Counted from the first letter of the stretch, positions 28,493 to 39,237 are shown. The stretch: 64,000 nucleotides of DNA from an uncultured virus (IMG/VR IMGVR_UViG_3300031688_000006) (IMGVR_UViG_3300031688_000006); one strand, 5' to 3'. Numbers and translations: made by a program. Notes: generated by a model not told the origin, from the sequence alone.

Positions 28493-29336
28493 CGAAGAGA
28501 GTCTTAGAGACTTTAAACCGGTTTTAGCTAAATCTCTAGCACCCGATTGGTTTAAAAAGATGAAAGTCTTTCAACACGATAGAGGTAAGAGAATGCAAAC
28601 TATTCGTGCTTGTCCTGCTATGGATGACTGGTTAAAATCTGGTTGGTTGATTCTTGCAAATAGAGACATGGAAGTTAATGTAGATGGTCCCTTTACATAT
28701 ACAACTGATGCTGAAGAGAATGAAAAGAAAAGTGGTACTAACGAATTTCAAGATTCCAGAAAACAAGGTCAGGCATCTCCTTCTCATCCAGCAGGTCAGT
28801 TTGGTTATGCATTTAGTTATCTAGGTGAAGACGGTCCAGTTAAAGATGCATTTAAAATGAGAAATGCCTGGAACATAATAACACCTAAAGGGTATTCATG
28901 TTTTTACTTAGACCCATTTCTATTTCAAAACAATCACTTCGCAACATGGCAGGGTGTTATAGATACAGACGACTTTAATATCAATCAAGACAATTCACAA
29001 ATTATTTTCTATCCCAAAGTTAAACACTCCTTTGTTATACCAAAAGGAACTCCTTTGGTTCAAATCATACCGTTCAAAAGAGAAGAGTGGGTGGCAACAT
29101 ATCAATTAAAAGATGAGAAGTCCTGGCACACCGACAGAGGTGAAAACAGACATCAAGATTTGCCTGGAATGGATGAAATAAATAGAACTAAGTATGCCAA
29201 ACTTACAGATGAGAATCCAAATCAAATGGGTGCTTACAGAGCTGAAGGTCATTGGAAAAGTAAAGGTAAAAACTTTAAAGAAATGGAACCACCACCAGAG
29301 TGTCCGTTTCATAAAGGAGATGTAGATGGCGATTAA
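28464..29336 (+). CDS. Conserved phage protein (DUF6065 / dUTPase-like beta fold)
   Basis: CPAMDD...GW, W.I.TPKGYS, GVIDTD, IPKGTPLVQIIPFKRE motifs. Confidence 0.55.
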   Translation: MPTIDFTTFNEESLRDFKPVLAKSLAPDWFKKMKVFQHDRGKRMQTIRACPAMDDWLKSGWLILANRDMEVNVDGPFTYTTDAEENEKKSGTNEFQDSRKQGQASPSHPAGQFGYAFSYLGEDGPVKDAFKMRNAWNIITPKGYSCFYLDPFLFQNNHFATWQGVIDTDDFNINQDNSQIIFYPKVKHSFVIPKGTPLVQIIPFKREEWVATYQLKDEKSWHTDRGENRHQDLPGMDEINRTKYAKLTDENPNQMGAYRAEGHWKSKGKNFKEMEPPPECPFHKGDVDGD

Positions 29337-30036
29337 ATTATTCAGTCCAGCAGTAATATGTATGAGACAATGGTTGAGAGAACCAGAAGATAAAGTAGAA
29401 GGACTTACTCCTGAATATTTCGAACTATTGAAGAACGAAATGGATGCGATGAGAACGAGAGACCCACAAGGAAGAAATAGGTCTAATGCTGGTCATGGTT
29501 GGCAGTCAAATGATGGTATAGATAATAATCCCATATTCAATAAGTTGATGAGAAACATTAAGAAGATGGCTCAGAACGAACTGTTAGGATACTGTGGATT
29601 TGTACCTGGTGCTGGTCAAGTTAATATGCATAATGCTTGGGGAAACATAAACTACAAACATGGATTCAATCAACCTCATTTACATAATGGGTGTAGTTAT
29701 TCTGGTGCTTGTTATATCAATGCAGATGGTGATGAAGGTGATATTAGATTCATAGAGACGGCAAAACATTTTGTGGGTATGCCTGTGGGTACTCCTAGAA
29801 TGGAAGAGTCGTGGGGTATACAACCTAAAACAGGAGACATAGTTTTGTTCCCTAGTGGGTTGATGCATATGGTATCAGTAAACACGACAGATAAAGATAG
29901 ATATAGTATCTCATTCAACATGGACTTGAGTGTACCTGAAAATGATAGAGCCAGTTTCATTGATGATGATGAGGCAAAGATAGAAAAACTTGATAATATT
30001 TTCAAAACAGACCACTTCGGCAAGCTTATTCAGTAG
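29326..30036 (+). CDS. Putative 2OG-Fe(II) oxygenase (TIGR02466-like)
   Basis: W.NIN..., PHLH, SGACY, P.TGDIVLFPSGLMH.V, RYSISFN. Confidence 0.8.
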   Translation: MAIKLFSPAVICMRQWLREPEDKVEGLTPEYFELLKNEMDAMRTRDPQGRNRSNAGHGWQSNDGIDNNPIFNKLMRNIKKMAQNELLGYCGFVPGAGQVNMHNAWGNINYKHGFNQPHLHNGCSYSGACYINADGDEGDIRFIETAKHFVGMPVGTPRMEESWGIQPKTGDIVLFPSGLMHMVSVNTTDKDRYSISFNMDLSVPENDRASFIDDDEAKIEKLDNIFKTDHFGKLIQ

Positions 30037-30057
30037 CACATATTCATAAATAACGGT

Positions 30058-30318
30058 ATGGATATAGTCGTAGACCCACATTTACTTTGGAACATCGTTT
30101 TAACTGTTGTTGTAATTCCTGTCGGATGGATGATTCGAGGAATCTTTGCTGAACAGAAAAGAATGGATATTCTAATCAACAAAACACGAGAAGAAATTGC
30201 CAAAGAGTATGTTACCAGAGAACAAATGGAACAGACATTTCAGCGTATTATAGACTCAATCGAGCGTATAGACGAGAAGATAGATAGACTTCAAACCAAA
30301 ACTTTCTTCCAAGATTAA
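30058..30318 (+). CDS. Small membrane-anchored coiled-coil protein
   Basis: N-terminal hydrophobic helix; YVTREQ..; RIDEKIDRL. Confidence 0.6.
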   Translation: MDIVVDPHLLWNIVLTVVVIPVGWMIRGIFAEQKRMDILINKTREEIAKEYVTREQMEQTFQRIIDSIERIDEKIDRLQTKTFFQD

Positions 30319-30324
30319 ATTTAC

Positions 30325-30358
30325 TATAAATAGTAGTATAAACAGGAAATACTACTAT
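30325..30358 (+). promoter_or_regulatory. Late promoter overlapping a start-codon-occluding hairpin for gp13
   Basis: TATAAATA 30325-30332; 10-bp stem ATAGTAGTAT/ATACTACTAT with AGGA in the loop. Confidence 0.7.
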
Positions 30359-31172
30359 GGCAAAACCAAACAGTAAAGCAACATTTAAAGAATACATCAA
30401 GAGGAAACTTGGTGCGCCAATCTTGGAAATCAACATTGATGATGACCAATTTGATGATAGAATAGACGAGGCTCTACAATATTTCCATAACTACCACTAT
30501 GATGGTACTCTTAAGACTTATCTCAAACATCAGGTAACTAGTGCCAAGAAAACTGGTATGAAAACCAACGAGACTGAAACAGAATCAGCCGCAGGTACTC
30601 AGTACTACAACAATGAACAATTCGCTACTCAACAAAACTATATTGTTTTACCAGAGTCAGTCATTGCAGTATTAAACATATTCCCATTCGCAGACAAGTC
30701 TGCCCTAAACATGTTTGACATGAGATATCAATTAAGATTGAATGACCTATTCAGTCTAAATTCAACTAACATGTTGAATTATCAAATGGCACAACAACAC
30801 ATTCAGTTAATGAACGATGTTCTTATAGGTAGAACACCCATTAACTACAACCAACACCAGAACAGACTATATCTCCATATGGATGGAAATATGATAAACG
30901 ATGGCGAATGGTTAATTATAGAATGTTATAGAAAAATAGACCCAAATGACTTTACAGATGTATACAACGATATGTGGTTAAAGAAATACGCCACTGCATT
31001 ATGTAAGTATCAGTGGGGCGAAAACTTATCTAAGTTCTCTGGTATTGCACTTCCGGGCGGAATTACACTAGACGGACAACAGATGAAAGACGAAGCCAAA
31101 GAAGAGATTCAAAGATTAGAAGACGAATCAAGATTGAATCATGACATGTTGCCTATGGACATGATGGGTTAA
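30357..31172 (+). CDS. gp13: Neck protein gp13
   Basis: LGAPILEINIDDDQ..DRIDEALQYF..YHYDG; KYQWGENLSKF.G..LPGG. Confidence 0.92.
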   Translation: MAKPNSKATFKEYIKRKLGAPILEINIDDDQFDDRIDEALQYFHNYHYDGTLKTYLKHQVTSAKKTGMKTNETETESAAGTQYYNNEQFATQQNYIVLPESVIAVLNIFPFADKSALNMFDMRYQLRLNDLFSLNSTNMLNYQMAQQHIQLMNDVLIGRTPINYNQHQNRLYLHMDGNMINDGEWLIIECYRKIDPNDFTDVYNDMWLKKYATALCKYQWGENLSKFSGIALPGGITLDGQQMKDEAKEEIQRLEDESRLNHDMLPMDMMG

Positions 31173-31178
31173 TAAATT

Positions 31179-32030
31179 ATGCCTACTAATGTATTTTTCA
31201 ACCATGCAGTAAACTCAGAACAACATCTTTACGAAGATTTAGTTGTAGAGTCACTTAGATTCTATGGTCATGACTGCATGTACTTACCTCGACAAGTTAT
31301 CGAAGAGGATAGTATACTCAATGAAGATGTTCAATCTAAATTTGGTGATGCGTATGGTGTTGAGATGTACATCGAAAGTACAGATGGATTCGAAGGCGAA
31401 GGAGACTTAATGTCTAAGTTTGGTCTACAGATAAGAGACCAGGCAACATTCGTAATCGCATTAAGAACATGGGAAAGATTCATATCATTAGATTCAAACC
31501 TTGCAACATCATTTAGACCCAACGAAGGAGATTTAATTTACTTCCCTCTTAGTGGTTCAATGTTTGAGATAAAATTTGTAGAACACGAAGACCCATTCTA
31601 TCAAGTAGGTAAACTATTTGTATTTAAGATGAGATGTGAACTATTTGAATACAGTCAAGAAGACTTTGACACTGGTGTTGCTGATATAGACCTCATAGAA
31701 GACGAACAGGCATACTCATTAAATATGACAATGACATCTGGAAATTCTCAAGACTATATTGCTAATGAGAATCTTTCTCTTAGTGGTACAGTTGTTGCAG
31801 AAGTCGTATCTTGGAATCAACCAACAAGTAAACTACTTGCGAAAGATATCACAACAACACTACAAGTTGGTGATGTGCTAAATGGTGCCAATGGTGCAAC
31901 ATTTACTATTGGTTCAATAGACGACAGAATGACATTTAACAATGATGCAGCTGCTCAAAACTTAGACTTTGAGAATAAAGATTCATCATACTTAGACTTG
32001 AGTGAAACAAATCCATTTGGAGAACCATAA
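31179..32030 (+). CDS. gp14: Neck protein gp14
   Basis: EQHLYEDLVVESLRFYG, SKFGLQIRD, RPNEGDLIYFP, NPFG. Confidence 0.92.
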   Translation: MPTNVFFNHAVNSEQHLYEDLVVESLRFYGHDCMYLPRQVIEEDSILNEDVQSKFGDAYGVEMYIESTDGFEGEGDLMSKFGLQIRDQATFVIALRTWERFISLDSNLATSFRPNEGDLIYFPLSGSMFEIKFVEHEDPFYQVGKLFVFKMRCELFEYSQEDFDTGVADIDLIEDEQAYSLNMTMTSGNSQDYIANENLSLSGTVVAEVVSWNQPTSKLLAKDITTTLQVGDVLNGANGATFTIGSIDDRMTFNNDAAAQNLDFENKDSSYLDLSETNPFGEP

Positions 32031-33067
32031 TGTTCGGAACATATTTTTACAATGAAACTATAAAGAGGTGTGTATCAGTCTTTGGTACAATGTTCAATAA
32101 TATAGAGTTTAAGAAAGTCAAGGCAGACGGAACAATTCTGTCTTCCCCTATGGTACCAATATCATATGGACCAAAACAAAAATTCTTAGATAGAATATCA
32201 GAAGAAGCAAATCTGTCTGATAGGAATAGGAGTGCAATATCGTTGCCAAGGATGGCATTTGAACTTACAGGTTTTGAATACGATGTGCAAAGACAACAGA
32301 ATAAACTCATAAGAGCTGTCAAACCTGTCATGGAATCAAATGGCAAGAAAGGGTTTCAATACGCACCTGCACCATACAACTTAAATTTCACATTGTCTAT
32401 TCTAACTAAGAACATGAACGATGCACTACAAATAGTAGAACAGATATTACCATATTTTCAACCAGAGTATACAGTCACAATGAAAATGGTTGACTCCATG
32501 GCAGACCATAGAGATGTACCCATAGTTCTAAACTCTGTATCATTCCAAGACGATTACGAAGGTTCTATGGAAGATAGAAGAGTTATAGAGTATACTTTAG
32601 ACTTCACAATGAAGACATACTTCTTTGGTCCTATCTATACTGGTAACATAATTAAAAGTGTTGTTGAAAGAACTTACATTGGTGACAACTCTAATACATT
32701 TACATCATCAACAATAGGTGCCTCAGGATTAGTCAAAGAGGTTAAACACTATGAACCTGCTTTTGCAGAGTCATCTAACTTAGTAAACAACACCTCCACA
32801 GTCACCTTTCCTACTGCAATAAATACTAGTATATCGGTAGGTGATGAAGTATTTGGAACTAATCTTACAACAAACCCAACGATAACGAGTATCGCAGCTA
32901 ACAAATTATCTATAGTACTAAGTGCAGCTGTCAACATGACATCCGCAATCAACAAGTTACAGTTTGTGGGTTCAGTAGATGCAGATGACACATTTGTTGT
33001 CGCAGAGAATGTCACATTCTATGACGATGGTGTTAAAGATGATTACAGTGAAGAAGACAATAGTTAA
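32030..33067 (+). CDS. gp15: Tail sheath stabiliser / completion protein gp15
   Basis: YFYNETIK...FGTMFN, VPISYGPKQK, LPRMAFE, QIVEQILPYFQP. Confidence 0.92.
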   Translation: MFGTYFYNETIKRCVSVFGTMFNNIEFKKVKADGTILSSPMVPISYGPKQKFLDRISEEANLSDRNRSAISLPRMAFELTGFEYDVQRQQNKLIRAVKPVMESNGKKGFQYAPAPYNLNFTLSILTKNMNDALQIVEQILPYFQPEYTVTMKMVDSMADHRDVPIVLNSVSFQDDYEGSMEDRRVIEYTLDFTMKTYFFGPIYTGNIIKSVVERTYIGDNSNTFTSSTIGASGLVKEVKHYEPAFAESSNLVNNTSTVTFPTAINTSISVGDEVFGTNLTTNPTITSIAANKLSIVLSAAVNMTSAINKLQFVGSVDADDTFVVAENVTFYDDGVKDDYSEEDNS

Positions 33068-33069
33068 AT

Positions 33070-33465
33070 ATGAATGAAATAGATGAAACATTAGATGGCC
33101 TTCTAAATATAGAATCGGAAATCAAAAAAGAAACAAGAGTAGTTACACTTCCAACTCGACATGAGAACATGGAAACAGACTACAAGTACGCTAGAGAAAA
33201 TCTGTATGGACTCGTAGAAAGAGGACAAGATGCAATCGAAGGCATACTACAATTATCAAAAGAAACAGAACACCCTCGTGCATATGAAGTTGCAGGTCAG
33301 TTAATCAAAACAGTGGGTGAAACAGCAGAGAAACTTCTAGATTTACAGAGTAAAATGAAGAAGTTAGAGGGCGAAGAACAACAGAAGATAGGACAACAAC
33401 ACAATCATTTGTATGTTGGGTCAACTTCTGAATTACAGAAGTTCTTAAAAAAGAACAAAGACTAA
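33070..33465 (+). CDS. gp16: Terminase small subunit gp16
   Basis: DYKYARENLY, HPRAYEVAGQLIK, VGSTSELQK. Confidence 0.9.
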   Translation: MNEIDETLDGLLNIESEIKKETRVVTLPTRHENMETDYKYARENLYGLVERGQDAIEGILQLSKETEHPRAYEVAGQLIKTVGETAEKLLDLQSKMKKLEGEEQQKIGQQHNHLYVGSTSELQKFLKKNKD

Positions 33466-33468
33466 AAT

Positions 33469-35064
33469 ATGGTTCAAGCGAAGAACGAAGGTTACTTAGG
33501 TAACAATTTAATCAAAAGGGCGGGTACAGAAACTAAGTACACCCAAGAACAGATAGCAGAATATCAAAAATGTTCTTCAGACCCATGCCACTTTATTGAA
33601 AACTATACTCAGATTATATCACTAGACGAAGGTTTAGTGCCATTTAAACTCCGTGGTTATCAAGATAAACTCATAAATCACTTCAATGACAATAGATTTA
33701 ACGTAGTTCTTGCAGCCAGACAGAGTGGTAAATCAATAACATCATGTGCTTACTTACTATGGTTCATATTGTTCACTCCAGAAGTCACCGTTGCTGTTCT
33801 GGCGAACAAAGGTGCGATTGCCAGAGAGATGGTGTCTCGTATCGTAACCATGCTGGAGACCGTTCCCTTCTTCTTACAGCCGGGTGTTAAAATACTAAAC
33901 AAAGGTAACATAGAGTTCGGCAATGATAGTAAACTAGTCGCAGCCGCAACATCTTCAAGTTCTATTCGTGGTATGTCTATTAACATGCTATATCTAGATG
34001 AGTTTGCATTCGTAGAAGATGCAGAGACCTTCTATACTGCAACATATCCAGTGGTAACATCGGGTAAAGACTCTAAGGTTATCATCACCTCGACTGCGAA
34101 CGGTGTTGGTAACATGTTTCATAAGATATATGAGAGTGCAATACACAAACAATCAGAATATGAAGCATTTACTATTGGGTGGCAAGATGTTCCTGGTCGT
34201 GATGAGGCATGGAAGAAACAGACTATTGCAAACACCTCAGAGGCGCAGTTTGAACAAGAGTATGGTAACTCATTCTTAGGAACAGGTAATACTCTTATCA
34301 ACGCAGACACCTTATTGGGTATGAGAGCCCTAGACGGTGAATGGCATAAAGACGGTCTAACAGTATATGATAAACCAATGGAGAATCATAACTATGTAGT
34401 TACAGTCGATGTATCACAAGGAAGAGGGTTTGATTACTCTACTTTTAGTATCTTCGATGTGTCTCAGAGACCGTTTAAACAAGTTTGTACTTATAGAGAT
34501 AACATGATTAGCCCCATGCTGTTTCCGGATTTAATAAATAAGTACTGTAGTAGATATAATGAAGCTTTAGTTATTATAGAAAATAACGCAGAAGGTTCGA
34601 TGGTCGCTACACAATTGCATTATGATGTAGAATATCCAAATGTTTTCGTTCAAGGAATGACACATGCAAAGGATATCGGCATTACAATGTCTAGAAAAAT
34701 TAAGAGAGTTGGATGTTCCACTCTCAAAGAACTATTAGAAGAGAATAGACTCACTGTAGTAGATAGACCGACAATAACAGAGTTAATGACTTTTGTTAAT
34801 AAAGGGTCGTCTTTTGAGGCAGATAGAGGGTATCATGATGATATGGTGATGAATTGTGTATTATTTGCATGGTTTGTTACTACAGAATTTTTTACGCATC
34901 TGACAGATACCGCTGTAAAAGACTTGTTATACTCAGAACAACAAAAGATGATTGAGGATGATATGTTACCAGCAGGGGTATTCGGTGATAACTATGGGGC
35001 TGAGACGATTGTTGACTCTCAAGGACAGGCATGGTCAGTTGCACAACAAGAAAAACTCCTCTAA
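33469..35064 (+). CDS. gp17: Terminase large subunit gp17
   Basis: ARQSGKS Walker A, LDEFAF Walker B, STANG, HDDMVM. Confidence 0.95.
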   Translation: MVQAKNEGYLGNNLIKRAGTETKYTQEQIAEYQKCSSDPCHFIENYTQIISLDEGLVPFKLRGYQDKLINHFNDNRFNVVLAARQSGKSITSCAYLLWFILFTPEVTVAVLANKGAIAREMVSRIVTMLETVPFFLQPGVKILNKGNIEFGNDSKLVAAATSSSSIRGMSINMLYLDEFAFVEDAETFYTATYPVVTSGKDSKVIITSTANGVGNMFHKIYESAIHKQSEYEAFTIGWQDVPGRDEAWKKQTIANTSEAQFEQEYGNSFLGTGNTLINADTLLGMRALDGEWHKDGLTVYDKPMENHNYVVTVDVSQGRGFDYSTFSIFDVSQRPFKQVCTYRDNMISPMLFPDLINKYCSRYNEALVIIENNAEGSMVATQLHYDVEYPNVFVQGMTHAKDIGITMSRKIKRVGCSTLKELLEENRLTVVDRPTITELMTFVNKGSSFEADRGYHDDMVMNCVLFAWFVTTEFFTHLTDTAVKDLLYSEQQKMIEDDMLPAGVFGDNYGAETIVDSQGQAWSVAQQEKLL

Positions 35065-35079
35065 AGAGTTCTTAGATAA

Positions 35080-35095
35080 TATAAATATATAAATA
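35080..35095 (+). promoter_or_regulatory. Tandem late promoters TATAAATA x2
   Basis: TATAAATATATAAATA upstream of gp18. Confidence 0.75.
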
Positions 35096-35146
35096 AAAGT
35101 GTAAACAACTTTTACAATGTAACAAATACATTAACAGGAGAAAAGT

Positions 35147-37150
35147 ATGGCATTTCAAGTTTCACCAGGCGTTCAAGTCAAAGAGATTGACTTATCGAAT
35201 GTTGTTCCAGCAGTATCCTCAACAAGAGGTGGATTCGCTGGCGTATTCCAATGGGGACCTGTTGATGAGGTAAAAACCCTTTCAGATGGACAACAACTAG
35301 TTGAAGAATTCTACAAACCAGCAGACAATAACGCATCTGTTGAAGACTTCTACACTGCCGAGTCTTTCCTGAGATATGGGTCTTCATTATCAGTAGTTAG
35401 AATATCTAACACTGGTCTATTTAACGCAAACGCATCAGGCAACTCAGCAACATTATTAAAACATTCAGATGACTATGTAAACACCTATAAATCAGGTGGA
35501 CAAAATGGTACAGTAGGAAAATGGGTGGCAAGATACGCAGGCGCTTTAGGTAACTCACTTAAAGTTTCAATGTGTGCATCTTCCAACGCATATTTCAATG
35601 ACGCTGTAACTGCTGTCAACAATGGGTCAGGCTACGCAGTTGGTTCTACTTCAGTAGTAACCGATGCAGGCGCATCATTCTTAGTTGGCGACATCATCAA
35701 ATTCACAAATCATTCAACGCATTATTCAGTTGAAGGAATCGCATCACAAACATTAACAATCAAGGCATTAGGTCAACCCGCTGGGACTGGTCTTACAACT
35801 GCTATTGTTGATAATGAAAATATTGATAGATTTTGGGAACACTATGCATTGTTTGACAAGGCACCAGGAACATCAGCAGGGGCCACATTAGTTGGTTCTG
35901 TAAATGATGAAGTCCATGTTGTCGTATCAGACGAAGATGGTCTATTCACAGGCACTAAAGGTGCTGTGTTAGAATCACACGCATTCTTATCATTAGGGTC
36001 AGATGCAAAAGACTCAACAGGTAATTCAAATTATTATAAAGATGTGTTAGAGAGAGAATCTACACATGTATGGTGGTCTGGTCATTCAACAGGAGTTTAC
36101 GCTTCTGCTAATGAGACTAGAACATTGCAACAGGCAGTTAGTACTGCTTTCACTAGACCCGCTCTTCCAGAGAGTACATCACTAACTGGTGGTGCAGATG
36201 GAAGAAAAAATTCAACAGTCGCACAAAAAACCGCTGCTTGGGATACACATTTTGCTGATGCAGAAACAATAGATATCTCATTCTTAGTAGTTGGTTCAAC
36301 ATTGAGTGACGCTGGGGGTGGTTCTGAGTCAGAAGTAGATACAGTTGCAAACCATAATTCATTAGTAAACAGTGCAATACAACTCGTAGAGTTAAGAAAA
36401 GACTGTATTGCAATTGCATCACCTAGAAAAACTTCAGTAGTTGGTGTCGCAAGTGAATCAACTCAATCAACAAATGTTAAGGCAGATTACGCAAATTGCA
36501 CATCTAGTTCTTACGCAGTATTCGACAGTGGTTGGACTTATCAATACGAGAAGTACAACGACAAATATTGTTGGATTCCTGCATGTGGACACACCGCAGG
36601 CATCATGGCAAGAAGTGACTTACTTCAAGACCCATGGTTCTCACCTGCTGGGTTCTCAAGAGGACAGTACTTAGGTATCACTAAACTTGCTTTCAATCCG
36701 AAACAAGCATCTAGAGATGACCTATATCGTGCAAGAATTAATCCGATAGTTACATTCCCTGGACAGGGTACTGTACTATTTGGTGATAAGACTGCATTAA
36801 CAAGTCCTAGTGCATTCGATAGAATCAATGTAAGAAGACTATTCATCGTATTAGAAAAGGCAATCGCTACTGCGGCTAAAGCTCAATTGTTTGAATTTAA
36901 CGATTCATTCACAAGGGCTCAATTCCGTGCAAGTGTAGAACCTTTCTTAAGAGATGTGAAGAACAGAAGAGGTTTAGTAGACTTCTCAGTAGTTTGTGAC
37001 GAAACAAACAATACAGATGCAGTTCAAGATAGAAACGAATTCGTTTGTTCAATATTCTTGAAACCTGCTAAATCAATCAACTACATAACTTTAAACTTTG
37101 TTGCCGCTAGAAGTGGTGTTCAGTTTGAAGAAATTTACGGCGCAGTATAA
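35147..37150 (+). CDS. gp18: Tail sheath protein gp18
   Basis: SPGVQVKEIDL, FQWGP, PWFSPAG..RG, FDRINVRRLF, FEFND.FTR. Confidence 0.95.
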   Translation: MAFQVSPGVQVKEIDLSNVVPAVSSTRGGFAGVFQWGPVDEVKTLSDGQQLVEEFYKPADNNASVEDFYTAESFLRYGSSLSVVRISNTGLFNANASGNSATLLKHSDDYVNTYKSGGQNGTVGKWVARYAGALGNSLKVSMCASSNAYFNDAVTAVNNGSGYAVGSTSVVTDAGASFLVGDIIKFTNHSTHYSVEGIASQTLTIKALGQPAGTGLTTAIVDNENIDRFWEHYALFDKAPGTSAGATLVGSVNDEVHVVVSDEDGLFTGTKGAVLESHAFLSLGSDAKDSTGNSNYYKDVLERESTHVWWSGHSTGVYASANETRTLQQAVSTAFTRPALPESTSLTGGADGRKNSTVAQKTAAWDTHFADAETIDISFLVVGSTLSDAGGGSESEVDTVANHNSLVNSAIQLVELRKDCIAIASPRKTSVVGVASESTQSTNVKADYANCTSSSYAVFDSGWTYQYEKYNDKYCWIPACGHTAGIMARSDLLQDPWFSPAGFSRGQYLGITKLAFNPKQASRDDLYRARINPIVTFPGQGTVLFGDKTALTSPSAFDRINVRRLFIVLEKAIATAAKAQLFEFNDSFTRAQFRASVEPFLRDVKNRRGLVDFSVVCDETNNTDAVQDRNEFVCSIFLKPAKSINYITLNFVAARSGVQFEEIYGAV

Positions 37151-37161
37151 GGAGTAATTAG

Positions 37162-37659
37162 ATGGCAAGTATAGACCAATTCAAAGCACAACTTTTAGGT
37201 GGTGGGCCCAGAGCTAACCGATTTAGAGTTTTTATACCTAGAACAGGTAACAAGATTGAATTTTTATGTCAATCAGCACAAATTCCCGCTGCTACATTAG
37301 GTGTTGTAGAACAACAGTTCAGAGGACATACACTGAAACTCGCAGGAGACAGAACATTTGAACCTTGGACAGTAACAATAATTAATGACGTAGAATTCTC
37401 ATCAAGGACTGCTCTAGAAGGATGGCAAACAGACATCCAAGCACTAGACAGTGGTGAGGGACAAACTAATTTAGATTACCTAGTAGACAGAGCATTTGTC
37501 GAACAATTAAACAAAGACGATTCAGTCCTTGCAAGATACGAATTCTTTAATATGTTTCCCACCTCTATTGGTGCGATTGACTTATCTTACGAGACAGTTG
37601 ATACATTGGAGACATTTGATGTTGAATTCCAGTACTCGCATTGGGAAAGAGTTCTTTAA
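37162..37659 (+). CDS. gp19: Tail tube protein gp19
   Basis: GGPRANRF, KLAGDRTFEPWTVTIIND, F.VEFQY. Confidence 0.93.
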   Translation: MASIDQFKAQLLGGGPRANRFRVFIPRTGNKIEFLCQSAQIPAATLGVVEQQFRGHTLKLAGDRTFEPWTVTIINDVEFSSRTALEGWQTDIQALDSGEGQTNLDYLVDRAFVEQLNKDDSVLARYEFFNMFPTSIGAIDLSYETVDTLETFDVEFQYSHWERVL

Positions 37660-37704
37660 AAATAAAGTGAAATTAACGCCTAATTGGGTGTTATAAATAT
37701 AGTT

Positions 37705-39237
37705 ATGGATATTTTAGGATTTGAAATTACTCGTAAGAAAGACGAGTTACGAACAACGGATGTGGCCAAGAAAACGGCCACTTCATTTGTTGCACCGCAG
37801 GAAGATGATGGCACGCCCATTATTCAACAATCACCAGGCGGTTATATATCAGGTGGGGCATATGGTTCCTACATCGATATGGAAGGTGGTATCAAGAATG
37901 AGGTCGCCCTCATTAGAAGATACCGAGAAACATCTCTTGTACCTGAGTGTGACATTGCTATAGAAGATATAGTAAATGAATGTATAGTTTCAGATACCCA
38001 AGATAGAGTAGTCTCGTTAGACTTGAGAGATGTAGATTTATCAGATGCAATTCAGAAGAAAATGCATGCTGAGTTTAGGGAAATTCTTTCCTTAATGAAA
38101 TTTCATCAAAATTCGCACGAGATATTCAGAAAATGGTATGTCGATGGTCGTATCTACTTCCACAAAATAGTAGATTCCAAGAGACCTCAGGCAGGCATGG
38201 TTGATATTAGAAATATTGACCCATTAAAAGTTAAGAAAGTTCGTAATGTCGAGAAAGAGAAAGACGCAAAAACAAAAATCGATGTTATTAAGAGAGTTGA
38301 AGAGTTTTATGTCTTCAACGACAAAGGATTTGATAAAGGTAGTGCCTCAGAAGGTTCTACAGTAAGAATTGCACCAGAGGCAATCAGTTATACTACTTCG
38401 GGTATGTTAGATTACACGAAGAATGTTGTAATTGGATACTTACACAAGGCATTGAAGACTGCAAATCAGTTATCAATGATGGAAGATGCACTTGTTATTT
38501 ACAGAATATCAAGGGCACCAGAAAGAAGAATATTCTATATTGATGTTGGTAACTTGCCAAAAGCTAAGGCAGAACAATATCTTGCAGATACTATGAACAG
38601 GTATAGAAATAAACTTGTTTATAATGCAGATACGGGCGAAGTTAAAGACGATAGAAAACATCAATCAATGTTAGAAGACTTCTGGTTACCTAGAAGAGAA
38701 GGTGGCAGAGGAACAGAGATTACGACTCTTCCAGGTGGACAAAACTTGGCTGAGATAGAAGATATAGAATACTTCAAGAAGAAGTTATATCGTTCTCTGA
38801 ATGTTCCTACTTCAAGACTTGAGGCCGAGAATGGTTTCAATATGGGTAGGGCATCTGAAATCAGTAGAGATGAACTTAAGTTTAATAAGTTCACCAGTAG
38901 ACTGCAAACTAAGTTTGCTAGACTATTTACTGATTTACTTAGAACACAAATGATTTTAAAGAACATTGTATCAGGTGCAGAATTTGATGCAATAAAAGAT
39001 TTCATACATTATGATTTTGCGACAGACAATCACTTTCAAGAATTAAAAGAAGGTGAGATTATAAGAGAAAGATTAGATATTCTCTCACAGGCTGAGTCAT
39101 TTATTGGTAAATATTTTTCTGATGATTATATCAGAAAGCATGTACTTCGTTTTACAGACGATGATATTTCTAGAATACAGAAAGAAATAGATTCAGAAGG
39201 ACATGATAGTGAAGAAGAAGAAGGAGATGACTACTAA
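37705..39237 (+). CDS. gp20: Portal protein gp20
   Basis: WYVDGR, YRISRAPERRIFYIDVGNLPK.KAEQY, EDFWLPRREGGRGTEI; late promoter at 37692. Confidence 0.95.
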   Translation: MDILGFEITRKKDELRTTDVAKKTATSFVAPQEDDGTPIIQQSPGGYISGGAYGSYIDMEGGIKNEVALIRRYRETSLVPECDIAIEDIVNECIVSDTQDRVVSLDLRDVDLSDAIQKKMHAEFREILSLMKFHQNSHEIFRKWYVDGRIYFHKIVDSKRPQAGMVDIRNIDPLKVKKVRNVEKEKDAKTKIDVIKRVEEFYVFNDKGFDKGSASEGSTVRIAPEAISYTTSGMLDYTKNVVIGYLHKALKTANQLSMMEDALVIYRISRAPERRIFYIDVGNLPKAKAEQYLADTMNRYRNKLVYNADTGEVKDDRKHQSMLEDFWLPRREGGRGTEITTLPGGQNLAEIEDIEYFKKKLYRSLNVPTSRLEAENGFNMGRASEISRDELKFNKFTSRLQTKFARLFTDLLRTQMILKNIVSGAEFDAIKDFIHYDFATDNHFQELKEGEIIRERLDILSQAESFIGKYFSDDYIRKHVLRFTDDDISRIQKEIDSEGHDSEEEEGDDY

